Source: Chiloscyllium plagiosum | Lineage: Eukaryota | NCBI RefSeq assembly: GCF_004010195.1 | Contig: NC_057749.1 | Coordinates: 26,090,599 to 26,132,575, forward strand | Reading direction: 5' to 3' | Length of the DNA stretch: 41,977 nucleotides | Shown: piece after piece, positions 24,646-35,895 of the stretch | Layout of the letters: the number at the start of each line of letters is the position of its first letter | Numbering within the stretch: position 1 is the first letter of the stretch | The notes under the pieces: generated by a model | What the model was told of the DNA's origin: nothing | Database searches by the model: none | What the model saw: the letters and a program-made list of their open reading frames with translations, nothing else | Program-made: the position numbers and the translations under genes

Positions 24646-26585
24646 TGCAGTTGGATTTTGCTTTTTTTTGGGGGGTGGAAACCTGATTCCTGATTCCTGA
24701 TTCCTGATCTGGCTGAATTACTTAGCCAGTTTGTTAACTGGTGGGGACTGATTTCTAAACTCCTGATGCACACAATGTGTAACTCAGTTCTCATTAGGGG
24801 ATTGTTATTTCACTGGCTGGTTACAGCCTGTGTGTGATTCTTTTTTTCTGTCCTTTTTGCAAAAAGTAAAAAAAAAATTAATTTTGTGGTAGGGCTTAGC
24901 CCTTGGACTCTAGTTTTCTCTTTTTTTCTGTATATGTCTTCACTTTTGGTGTTTGGACTGAGCCCTTGTAGAAGACATACATTGTTTTTACCTGAGAAGC
25001 TGTTCCTGTGGGGAGGCCTGGGATTGGGCCTGTGAAGATTGAATACCCGTGTGTGTGTGTGTGTGCTGGGAGATGAACACTTGCTGTATCCTGGAGTTTG
25101 GGAGAAGACCTTTCATTCAGGAGTGGACCAAAACCCCTGTGAGTTAACCACCTTTTAAAATGTACTGTGTTCCTGTGAGTGGCCCTGGCTCTCCAAGGAT
25201 GTGTCAGGGCTCCATGGAGACTGAACACCTGTGTGCTGCGAGGTGTGCATTTGCTGCCTTTGGGAGTGGATTCTGCCCTTGGTTGTGGAACCTGTTTTTA
25301 GTGGTTGACTCTGCAGTTGGAGTGGACTCCACTTCTGACAATGCATGTTGTAAACTGGAGTGGACTCTATTATTATTTTTTTTAAAAGGCTCTATTTGGA
25401 CTCTTTGAGGAGAAAGTGAGGGCTGCAGATGCTGGAGATCAGAGCTGAAAATGTGTTGCTGGAAAGTGCAGCAGGTCAGGCAGCATCCAAGGAACAGGAG
25501 AACGAGGAGAAAGTGAGGGCTGCAGATGCTGGAGATTTTCCTGAAGAAGGGCTTATGCCCGAAACGTCGATTCTCCTGTTCCTTGGATGCTGCCTGACCT
25601 GCTGCGCTTTCCAGCAACACATTTTCAGCTCTATTTGGACTCTGTGTGCCAGAAAGGACTCTTTGTTCACAATTAACTCTACCATGTTTCTTGTTGGGTT
25701 ATCACCTGCACTGTCTTGCGTGTCCCTGGGTCTGGCAGGCCTTGCTGTGAGTTGGGAGGCTCATGAGTTGTTCTGAAAGCTGTCCCCCTGAGAGCTGAAG
25801 GTTGGTAGGCTGTCCTGAAAGCTGGAGGGTGGGTAGGCCACCCTGATGCCAGTTGCCTGGAGAGCCAGATGGTGGGCAGGCCGTTCTGAGTGCTGTCGTC
25901 CCAAGAAGGGGTAATTGGGGTGGGCTTTCCTGGTGGTGGTCGGAAGGTGCGTTAGAGCAGCCGAGAGCCAGAAGGTGTATAGGGGCAGGCTGAGATCCGG
26001 AAGGCTTGTGGGCCGCCCTGTACGCTGTCGTCCTAGGGAAGGGGACGGGCTGTCCTAGAGGTGGGCGGAAGGTGTCAGGGTAGCCCACTGGCCGGATGGT
26101 GCACCGGGGTGGGTGAGAGCCCAATGGTATGTAGGGGCAGACCAAGAGCCAACAGGCAGGTAGCTGTCCTCAGTGCTGTCACCCTGGGTGGGCTGCCCCA
26201 GAGATGGTCGAAAGGTGTGCCAGGGCGGACTGAGAACTGGAAGGGGCATGGGTGGACCGAGACCCAGAAGGTGTGTAGGGGCAGGCTGCCTTAGTGTGGC
26301 CAGAAGGTGGGAGGGATGGGGGCTTGCTGGGTCTGTATTGTCTGCACTTTTTAATGTAACAGTATTGTCTCATGTACAAATGTCATTGTTGATGTCTTTT
26401 CATATTTGAAACTGGGATCTGAGGTTTGTCCTCCTTTCCCTGTAAACTGGTTGAATGATGGGGTTTGGGGCCTGGCTTTGCTGCTCCTTTTCCTTGTAAA
26501 ATTGCTGTTTCTCTGTATACAGCTGTAAATGTTAACTGCTTTTTTAAAAACTATTTTGTAATTTTATTAATAAAATAGAAAGAAA
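24646..26585 (+). mobile_element. non-coding poly(A)-tailed retroposon (family B)
   Basis: Ends AATAAAATAGAAAGAAA; its last ~180 bp match 31266-31450; flanked by a ~65-bp duplicated LTR segment. Confidence 0.6.
25405..25632. mobile_element. young PLE tail insertion with inverted arms
   Basis: ~62-bp inverted arms (25441-25502 and 25571-25632, one mismatch); 16-bp duplication GCTCTATTTGGACTCT at 25389-25404 and 25628-25643. Confidence 0.8.
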
Positions 26586-26880
26586 GAGATTCAGAATCTC
26601 CTCACATCAGGGGCTGGCTCTGAGCTGGCTGGCCACAGCCAGTGTACTGTGCACATAAATAAAAGGTGACTTGGTGATGGGATACTAGCTTCTGTGCAGT
26701 TATTTCAGTATCAGTATGAATGAACTAAGACCTCTCATTGGATCTTGTGGGCTTGGGTAACTAAAAAGATTCTGCTGTGACAGCACGTCTGCTGAGTAAA
26801 GCGATACTTAAGATCACTTCAGATTAAGTTAAGTATTGACAAGCTCTGGAACTTTAACAATTAAAGTTCACTTGAAATGT

Positions 26881-27140
26881 AACTTTAATTGTTAAGGTTC
26901 TGGGATTTACATATGAAAGAACTGAAACCAACATCATTCTCAAAGATGAGACTTAACAAACAATCCAGGTTTCTTTCAATATTATTTAGTTACATCACAC
27001 TGTAAACATTTACTCTAAATCCTGTGTCTTATGATCTTGTACTCCAAACCACCTGATGAAGGAGCAGCGCTCTGAAAGCTAGTGCTTCCAAATATACCTG
27101 TTGGCCTATAACCTGGTGCTGTGTGACTTTTTAATGTTGT
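26881..27140 (+). mobile_element. PLE 3' region with hammerhead motif
   Basis: CACCTGATGAAGGAGCAGCGCTCTGAAAGCTAGTG…TATAACCTGGTG; related to 6012-6182 and ~23120-23343. Confidence 0.7.
27050..27084 (+). ncRNA. minimal type I hammerhead ribozyme motif (PLE-borne)
   Basis: CAC-CUGAUGA-A-[GGAGC/GCUCU stem II]-GAAA-GC-UA-GUG; helix I CAC/GUG; palindromic AGCU in place of stem III. Confidence 0.6.
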
Positions 27141-27595
27141 AAAGATAATTTGAGTAACTTGCAAATTTCAGAGTGTCCAATTTGTTTCTTTTTATAGTCA
27201 GATGTCAGGCTGTGGTCTAACAGCATTAATTGAAATCACAAGCTTTCAGAACACTGCTCCTTCATAACCTGGTGTCTTTTGACCTTGCCCACTCCAGTCT
27301 AACAGCAGGGCCTCACATCATTGCTTTATATGAAAAGGGAATATTTGAATTCCTTTGTATTGTGGTTAATCCTACTCCAGTGATCTCTGCTTATTTTATG
27401 TAAATAAAGAATTTGGCAGTTGCCATTGTAAATAACAATTTTAAAATTAAACTTGTTATGGATTGTAAAGCAATGGCATCAGTAGGGATAAGCTGGGGTT
27501 ATTTTGACTTCCCATTGCATGGGTTCTGTCATGGAAATGGGGTTAAAATTGGTCCTGATATAAGTAGGTGTAATAGTGGGGGACAGGTGAGGGGC

Positions 27596-29060
27596 AACTC
27601 TCTTCATCTAGAGGATGATGTGCGTGTGGAATGAGCTGCCAGAGGAAGTGGTAGAGGCTGGTATACTTACTTTTTAAAAGGCATCTGCATGGGTACTTGA
27701 ATAGGAAGGGTTGAGAGGGATACAGGTCAAGTGCTGGCAAATGGGACTAGATTAATTTAGGATATCTGGTCAGCATGGAGATGAACCAAAGGGTCTGTTT
27801 CCATGCTGTACAACTTTATGACTCTTAGGATCTTAGACAGTACAAACCTAAATGCACAGGTCGCTGTACCAATGCTGCTCTTACTAATTAATGTAACTTG
27901 TATCTAATTGTTGTCATTCATATTTATTAATCCAAGAGCTGCTTCTTGTAAAAAAAAAACATTAATGGGTTGATCCTCTATTTCTGTAAACCAATGAGAG
28001 CCTGACACCCAGTCGAAGGGAATAGGAGAGGTGGCATTATCTTCTACCTATAAATGCTATGGCCTTGGTGGAGGTGGGTTGCCGATTGACTTGGCTTTAA
28101 CTTCTTCTCTGCAGAAGCTAACATCCGATTGAATGGTTGAGGATCCTGGGATTGTATTCGTTAGTTTAGAAGGTTGAGGGGAGATGTAATAGGAACGTAC
28201 AAGATAATGCATGGCTTAGAAAGGGTGGATGCTGGGAAATTGTTTCCATCAGCCGGGGATACCAGGACCCATGGGCACAGCCTTGGAATTAGAAGGGGTC
28301 AATTTTTAAAACTGAAATGTGGAGCCATTTCTTCAGCCAGAGATTGATAGGCCTGAGGGATTCATTGCCATGGAGTACAGCAGAGGCCGGGATACTAAAT
28401 GTCTTAAAGACAGGGATTGATAAATTCTTAATCTTGCAAGGTATTAAGAGCTACAGGGAGAGTGCAGGTAAGTGGCTTTGAAATACCCATTAGCCGTGAT
28501 TGAATGATGAAGTGGACTTAATGGGCTGAATGGCCTTCCTTCCACTCCTATATATTATGGAGCTCAAGACTTGCAGCTTGTCAAGATCAGCAGCGTGGAG
28601 CAGCTAATAGAGACCCAAGCACACAGGCTCCTCAGGCAGAGGATCCACTGCATTGATAGGTCAGAAACTCAGTGTCTGAGGAGGTTCAGGATGGCTACAG
28701 ACCCTGCTACAGCAAGACATGCCATCAGCTGGACCTGGTGGCCACATGACCTTTATTGGGGGGGCACTTTATTGAGGTTTATAAAATCATGAGGGGCATG
28801 GTTCAGATAAACAAACCAAGTCTTTTCCCTGGGGTGTGGGAGTCCAAAACTTGAGGACATAGGTTTTGAGTGAGAGGGGAAAGTTTTAAAAGGGATCTAA
28901 GGGGCAACATTTTCATGCAGAGTGTGGTGCGTGTATGGAATGAGCTGTCAGAGGAGGTAGTGGAGACTGGTACAATTGCAGCATTTAAAAGGCATCTGGA
29001 TGGGTAAATGAATAGGAAGGGTTTAGAGGGATATGGGCCAAGTGCTGGTAAATGGGACTG
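27596..29060 (+). mobile_element. three CR1 3' fragments (~27596-27826, ~28140-28560, ~28770-29060)
   Basis: GGAATGAGCTGCCAGAGGAAGTGG, GAGGTTTATAAAATCATGAGGGGCATG and GGGCTGAATGGCCT tail motifs. Confidence 0.75.
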
Positions 29061-29767
29061 TGCACAGTTTTGGTGTCCCTATTTAGGAAAGGATGTAAAT
29101 GCATCGGAAATAGTTCCGGCAAGGTTTACTAGTTTGATACCTTGAAATAATTACACAGAAGCCAATATCCCGTCACTAAGTCATACTTTACTTACGGGTG
29201 CATTGTAGGTGGGCTGTGACCAGCCATCTCAAAGCTAGTCTGTAGCTTGAAGAGCCCCTCTGAATTTNNNNNNNNNNNNNNNNNNNNNNNNNNNNNNNNN
29301 NNNNNNNNNNNNNNNNNNNNNNNNNNNNNNNNNNNNNNNNNNNNNNNNNNNNNNNNNNNNNNNNNNNNNNNNNNNNNNNNNNNNNNNNNNNNNNNNNNNN
29401 NNNNNNNNNNNNNNNNNNNNNNNNNNNNNNNNNNNNNNNNNNNNNNNNNNNNNNNNNNNNNNNNNNNNNNNNNNNNNNNNNNNNNNNNNNNNNNNNNNNN
29501 NNNNNNNNNNNNNNNNNNNNNNNNNNNNNNNNNNNNNNNNNNNNNNNNNNNNNNNNNNNNNNNNNNNNNNNNNNNNNNNNNNNNNNNNNNNNNNNNNNNN
29601 NNNNNNNNNNNNNNNNNNNNNNNNNNNNNNNNNNNNNNNNNNNNNNNNNNNNNNNNNNNNNNNNNNNNNNNNNNNNNNNNNNNNNNNNNNNNNNNNNNNN
29701 NNNNNNNNNNNNNNNNNNNNNNNNNNNNNNNNNNNNNNNNNNNNNNNNNNNNNNNNNNNNNNNNNNN

Positions 29768-29945
29768 GTCGGGGTGGAAGGTGTTGGTGAAGTGGATCCA
29801 TGAGATCTAACCTTGCTAATCAGTCTCCCACGGGGAACCTTGTCGAATGCCTTACTGAAACCCATGTAGATCACATCCACTGCTCTGCCCTCATCAATCT
29901 TCTTTGTTACTTCTTCAAAAAACTCAATCAAGTTTGTGAGATAAT
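29768..29945 (-). mobile_element. CR1 RT fragment joined to a PLE RT fragment that runs into the gap
   Basis: LTNLIEFFEEVTKKIDEGRAVDVIYMGFSKAFDKVP (CR1 RT); 29768-29797 reads IHFTNTFHPD (PLE RT-like). Confidence 0.8.
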
Positions 29946-31152
29946 TCCAGATTTTTATTGAATTCAAATTGCACCATCCACCATGACAGGATTCAAACCC
30001 AGATCCCCAGAACATTAGCTGGGTCTCTGGAGTAACAATCCAGAGATAATACCACCAGGTCATCAGCTCACTAAACGTTCACATGTATCCTTTAGGGAAG
30101 GAAATCTGCCTGCCTTATCTGGTCTGGCTTATGTCTACCTCCTGACCCAGCAAGGTACTTGATTATAATAGTTGCCTTGCCATGGAATGATCAATAAAGA
30201 GAGATGCTTTCTAGTTGGTGACTCTTTCCTTGCAATGTTGCATCACTCTTCCCACTGAATGCTAATCTCATAACTCCTTTCAGAAAATACCAGTTTTTCT
30301 TCTTTCCTGTCTCCTTGTAAATGGCTGTAAAAGAGAGCATGACGTTAGTTATAGTTCTATTTAAAACTGGTTCTATTTTAATGTACAATTCAGTTTTGAA
30401 TACAAAGTCTTGATTTCAGGTGAAGCAAGATTCAGTATCCTCTGAAATGTTCTGATTTACATGTATCTTTAATATTAAATGTTGTAAGTTTGATTTCTTG
30501 GATTCTAGATTAGTGAGACACATGGGATTTTGCTTGTGTCTGAAGTTAATGATCAACTTGTGAATATTTCTGTCGCCATTGTGACTTATTTTAAATCTTG
30601 AGTCCTAGTTTTACAATTAATATATTTTTGTATACATGGTTAGCGCTTTACAAGTCAACAATATATCCATACATCAATCTAGAAAATTAGGACAGCTTCT
30701 TTGAAGCTTAAGGCGAACACTCAGCTCAGATAGATTTTTCTTTTGTTTTATTTTGAGTTGAGTTGTGAAGTCCTTGGATAAAGATGGATATATACACACA
30801 CACACACACACACTCCTGAGAAGGGAGCAGGTTGAACTACAATTCAGACACTGAAGCAGTGCTGCTGACATATCTCATTAGGCGGATCCAGCTTTAATAT
30901 CTATGGCTGAGAAAAGCTGAAACTACAAATACTGGAGATCAGGCAACATCCATTGGAGACAGAGCAAGTTAATGTTTCAAGTCTAGATGACTCTTCATCA
31001 GAGCTCTCTCTCCATGGATGTTACCTAACCCACTGTGATCTCCAGTATTTGTTGTTTTTAGTACAGACTCGAGCATCTGCAGTAATTTGCTCCGATGAAA
31101 ACATTCTCATTATCGATTTCTTGATATCCAATTGCATGGAGATTTAAGTGAC

Positions 31153-34041
31153 TGTAGTGATTGTAACGAGGTCAGCTAGGTGGATCTCATAGCATGGGTT
31201 TCTTGACCAAGGCTGTTAATCTGGTCCAATCAGGGAGACTTGGCTGACAGATTAAAAAGGAATGTTGTGAAACTGGGATTTGAGGTTTGTCCTCCTGTCC
31301 CTGTGAACTGTTTGAACGGTAGGGTTTGGGGCCTGGCTTTGCTGCTCCTCTCCCTTGTAAAATTGCTGACTCTTGTATGGAGCTGTAAATGTAACTGTTT
31401 GTTGTAAACTGTTTTTCTAATTTGTTTAATAAAATAAAAAAAAATAAAAAGGCATGTCTAAACATCCTGGAGTTGTTCAGGGAAAGGTGGGCGCCGCAGG
31501 GAGTGGAGTGCATTATTTCCCCCTCCAACTCTATTTTGATTTAGTCCCTACCCTCCCCCTCACTGTTTTGATCACACAGCATTGTCCTTTTATGTGAAGG
31601 GCAGTGTTTGTCACTGGCCACCCGGGTGTTTTCCTTTCTTCCTGGTGGTGGAATTTGAATAAAGATTTGTGCACTTTGTGTCTTTCACTGTGTCTCACAC
31701 GTATACACACACACCATGGGTGCTGGGGAAAAAATAAGCACTACCGCAGTTAGGTGGTAGTGTGGGGGGGTTAAATTAAAAAAAAAAATCAGGAGAGGAG
31801 CACTACCACAGTTAGAAAAAAAATAAAAAAATAAAAGAGGACATCAAATAAGCACTACCGCACTTGGCCACTTGGGTGTTTTCCTTTCTTCCTGGTGGAG
31901 GAAATTGAATAAAGATTCGTACACCTTGTGTCTCTCACCTGCGCGCACACACAACATGGGTGCTGGGGAAAAATAAGCACTATTGCAGTTAGGCAGTAGT
32001 GTGGGGGTTAATAAAAAAAAGAGTGTCAGAAAAAAAAATAAAAAGCAATGTCTAAACACCCGGGAGCTATTCAGGGAGAGGTGGACGCCGCAGGGAGTGG
32101 AGTGCATTATTTCCCCTTCCAATTCTATTTTGATTTAATCCCTGCCCTCCCCTTCACTGTTTGATCACACAGCATTGCCCTTTGATGTGAAGGGCATTGC
32201 TTGTCACTGGCCACTCGGGTGTTTCCTTTCTTCCTGGTGGTGGAAATTGAATAAAGATTCGTACACCTTGTGTCTCTCACTGTGTCTCACACCTGCGCAC
32301 ACACATGTGATGCTGGGGAAAAAAATAAGCACCACCGCAATTAGGCGGTAGTGTGGGGGTAGAAAGGGGGGGGGGGGGGGGGGGGGGAGAAAAGAAAAAA
32401 AAAGAACAGGAGTGTCAGACATCATGTGCACTGAGAGCTGGCTCTGAGGGAGCTGGACCAGTGTGTAAAAAAAGAACAGGAGTGTCAAACATTATGTTCA
32501 CTCTGAGAACTGGCTCTGAAGGAGCTGGATCAATGCCAGGGCTGCCCCATATGTAAAAAAAATAAAAAGCAATGTCTAAACATCCTGGAGCTGTTCAGGG
32601 AGAGGTGGGCGCCGCAGGGAGTGGAGTGCATTATTTCCCCCTCCCTGGAAAAGAACAGGAGTGTCAAACATTATGTTCACTCTGAGAACTGGCTCTGAAG
32701 GAGCTGGATCAATGCCAGGGCTGCCCCATATGTAAAAAAAAATAAAAAGCAATGTCTAAACATCCTGGAGCTGTTCAGGGAGAGGTGGGCCCCGCAGGGA
32801 GTGGAGTGCATTATTTCCCCCTCCCTGGCCACAGGGATTTAGTCCCTGCCCTCCCCTTCACTGTCTGATCACACAGCATTGCCCTTTGATGTGAAGGGCA
32901 TTGCTTGTCACTGGCCACTCGGGTGTTTCCTTTCTTCCTGGTGGTGGAAACCAAATAAAGATATGTGCACCTTGTGTCTTTCACTGTGTCTCACACCTGC
33001 ACACACACAACATGGGTGCTGGGGGAAAAAATAAGCACTACCGCAGTTAGGCGGTAGAGAAGAAAAAAAGAAAATAAATAAATAAAAAGGAATGTCTAAA
33101 CATCCTAGATCTGTTCAGGGAGAGGTGGGCACCGCAGGGAGTTGAGTGTATTATTTCCCCTCCAACTTTATTTTGATTTTAATCCCTGCCTTCCCCTTCA
33201 CTGTTTGATCACACAGCATTGCCCTCTGAGAAGGATACTGCTTGTCACTGACCACTCGGGTGTTTCTTTTCTTCCTGGTCATGGAAATTTGAATAAAGAT
33301 TTGTGCACCTTGTGTCTTTCACTGTGTCTCACACCTGCACACACACGAGTGCTGGGGAAAATAAACACTACTGCAGTTAGGTGGTAGTGTGGGGGTATAA
33401 AAAAAATTTTAAGAAAAAAAAGAGATAAAAGACCCTTGCTCCGAGAGCTGGCTCTGAGGGAGCTGGACCAGTGTCAAGGACTCTCCTCTTGATTGTTTCA
33501 GGAGAAGGGGGACTGATTCTGGGATTGGCTGGCCCAAAGCCAATGCATGAGAAAAAAAAATAAAAAGGAATGTCTAAACACCCTGGAGTTGTTCAGGGAG
33601 AGGTGGGCACCACAGGGAGTGGAGTGTATTATTTCCCCTCCAACTCTATTTTGATTTAATCCTTGCCCTCCCCTTCACAGTTTGATCACACAGCATTGCC
33701 CTCTGAGAAGGACACTGCTTGCCACTCGGGTGTTTCCTTTCTTCATGCTGGTGAAATATAAACAAAGATTTATACGCCTGTTATTCTCCACTGTGTCCGA
33801 CGCCTGCACACACGACATGGGTGCTAGGGAAAATAAGCACTACCGGAGTTAGGTGGTAGTGTGATGACAAAAAAAAAGGGAAAAAAACAGGAATGTCAGA
33901 GATTCTGTTAAAGAAAAGTGTCACACATCCTGTTCACCCTGAGAGCTGGCTCTGAGAAAGCTGGACCAGTATCAAGAACTTGCCACGGGTAAATAAAGGG
34001 TAACTTGGTGATGGGATACCAGCCTCTGTGGAGTTATTTCA
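31153..34041 (+). mobile_element. short solo-LTR-like element (copy 2) expanded by an array of retroposon 3' ends
   Basis: TGTAGTGATTGTAAC…CCAATCAGGG…ATTAAAAAGG 5' part; …AATAAAGGGTAACTTGGTGATGGGATACC…GTTATTTCA 3' part. Confidence 0.75.
31451..33890 (+). repeat. head-to-tail array of ~340-bp Tx1-like LINE 3' ends (about 5 full and 2 partial units) interleaved with LTR pieces
   Basis: Unit 1 encodes NILELFRERWAPQGVECIISPSNSILI* (31461-31544), resembling a Tx1-clade ORF2 end; full units continue into a 3'UTR with AATAAA, a hairpin and an A-tail. Confidence 0.8.
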
Positions 34042-34390
34042 GCATCATGAGGTAATAAACTTGGGAAAATACACAGTTCCCTCACAAAATCTGTGGAATT
34101 CACCATCACCAGAGGGCCATGAACACTGAGACATTGAATAAATTTAAGAAGATAGGCATATTTTTAATTAATAATGGGTTGAAGGGTTATGGACAGCAGG
34201 CAGAAAAATGGAGTTGAGGCTGTGATGAGACCAGCCAAGAATGTATTAAATGATGGAATAGGCTCAAGGGGTTGAACTTACCTACTCCTGTTTCTGGTTC
34301 TTATGTTCTGAAAATAACCTTGTCTCAAGCAATATTCTCTCATTCTTGCCTATCTTCAGTTCTCAGTTGCAAGGTAGAGGATATGAGCTA

Positions 34391-34716
34391 ATTAGATTAG
34401 ATTAGATTAGATTACTTACAGTGTGGAAACAGGCCCTTCGGCCCAACAAGTCCACACCGACCCGCCGAAGCGCAACCCACCCATACCCCTATATTTACTC
34501 CTTTAACCTAACACCACGGGCAATTTAGCATGGCCAATTCACCTGACCCGCACATCTTTGTGACTGTGGGAGGAAACCGGAGCACCCGGAGGAAACCCAC
34601 GCAGACACAGGGAGAAGGTGCAAACTCCACACAGTCAGTCGCCTGAGTCGGGAATTGAACTCGGGTCTCTGGCGCTGTGAGGCAGCAGTGCTAACCACTG
34701 TGCCACCGTGCCGCCC
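34391..34716 (-). mobile_element. full-length young HE1-like SINE
   Basis: Minus strand begins GGGCGGCACGGTGGCACAGTGGTTAGC (A box)…GAGTTCAATTCCC (B box); (TAATC)n tail; CpGs retained. Confidence 0.9.
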
Positions 34717-35185
34717 ACCAATCTGGCACATGAATTTAGCCGTCCATCATCATATCCATTATAACTATAGCTTGTGCCATTGGACTTTGCTTTTCTCTGC
34801 CAGTCATTCACAATTCAATCCTCAAAAGCAACCTAAGCCCTAGCTTCCTTGCTTTATTGTAAACCATCTCTTTAAACCCTTTGTTATTGCCACTTCCAGT
34901 TGAAGATTCCTTGAACATCGTTTTGAGATTGTGATTCCTTCTTCAGCTGCCTCTGCTATCTTCTCCAACCCTCAAAACCAGGACATCTGTCGATTTCAAG
35001 CCTCCTATTATGTGGGGAACCACCTCCTATGTTGACTCTATTCCCATTAAACTGTCGCTCACTCAATTTCCTGTCCTCCTCCTTTGCAAGCTGATGTTGT
35101 AAATGATTCTTAAAAACAAAGAACTGTAAATCAGAAATAAAAACTGAAATTGCTGGAAAAGTTCAGCAGGTCTGGCAGCATTCAA

Positions 35186-35502
35186 AGATTAGATTAGATT
35201 ACTTAGTGTGGAAACAGGCCCTTCGACCCAACTAATCCACACCGACCCTCCGAAGAGCAACCCACCCAGATCCATTCCCCTACATTTACCCCTTCACCTA
35301 ACACTACGGGCAATTTAGCCAGGCCAATTCACCTAACCTGCACATTTTTGGATTGTGGGAGGAAACCAGAGCACCCGGAGGAAACCCACGCCAGCACGGG
35401 AGAATGTGCAAACTCCACACAGAGTCGCCCGAGATGGGAATTGAACCCGGGTCTCTGGCACTGTGAGGCAGCAGTACTAACCACTGTGCCACCATGCCAC
35501 CC
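35186..35502 (-). mobile_element. HE1-like SINE nested in a PLE-derived tail
   Basis: Same family as 34391-34716; the host repeat continues on both sides. Confidence 0.85.
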
Positions 35503-35895
35503 ACAAAGGAGAGAAATCGGAGTTAACATTTCAGGTCGAGTGATCCTTCCTGAGAACTGAACTTTGCCAGCAATTTCGAAGTAGTTGTAAATGGTTCATG
35601 TTGGTCAGATACGGTCATCCCCATTCAAAACCACTACCATTAAATCCACTTTAAAAAAAAATCCATCTGTTCAAAAAACTTTCCATCACAGAGAGGGGTC
35701 CAACAAAAATGTAAACATCATGAGACATTATCATTTCTGCTTCATCTCATTAGGATGAACATTGCAGCTTGCATGGTCTCTGTTGGAAGTCTAAGAAAAT
35801 GTGACGACAAATCCCAAATGAAGAAGATTAAAGTCAACTTTGCTGCTGCACAATGTGCTGAATGCCTTCCTTCTCCAGAGTAGCAATTCTGAGAT

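Larger units (their letters stand above)
24231..26707 (+). mobile_element. short solo-LTR-like element (copy 1) carrying nested insertions
   Basis: Starts TGTAGTGATTG, ends AATAAAAGGTGACTTGGTGATGGGATAC…GTTATTTCA; same termini as 31153-34041. Confidence 0.7.

Noticed and set aside
31451..33890. Array as a CRISPR-like or ncRNA gene cluster
   Set aside because: Units are ~340 bp with an ORF end, AATAAA and A-tails, i.e. retroposon 3' ends; eukaryotic context and no cas genes.
34640..34716. tRNA gene
   Set aside because: The A and B boxes belong to the tRNA-derived head of a SINE that continues into the SINE core and tail.
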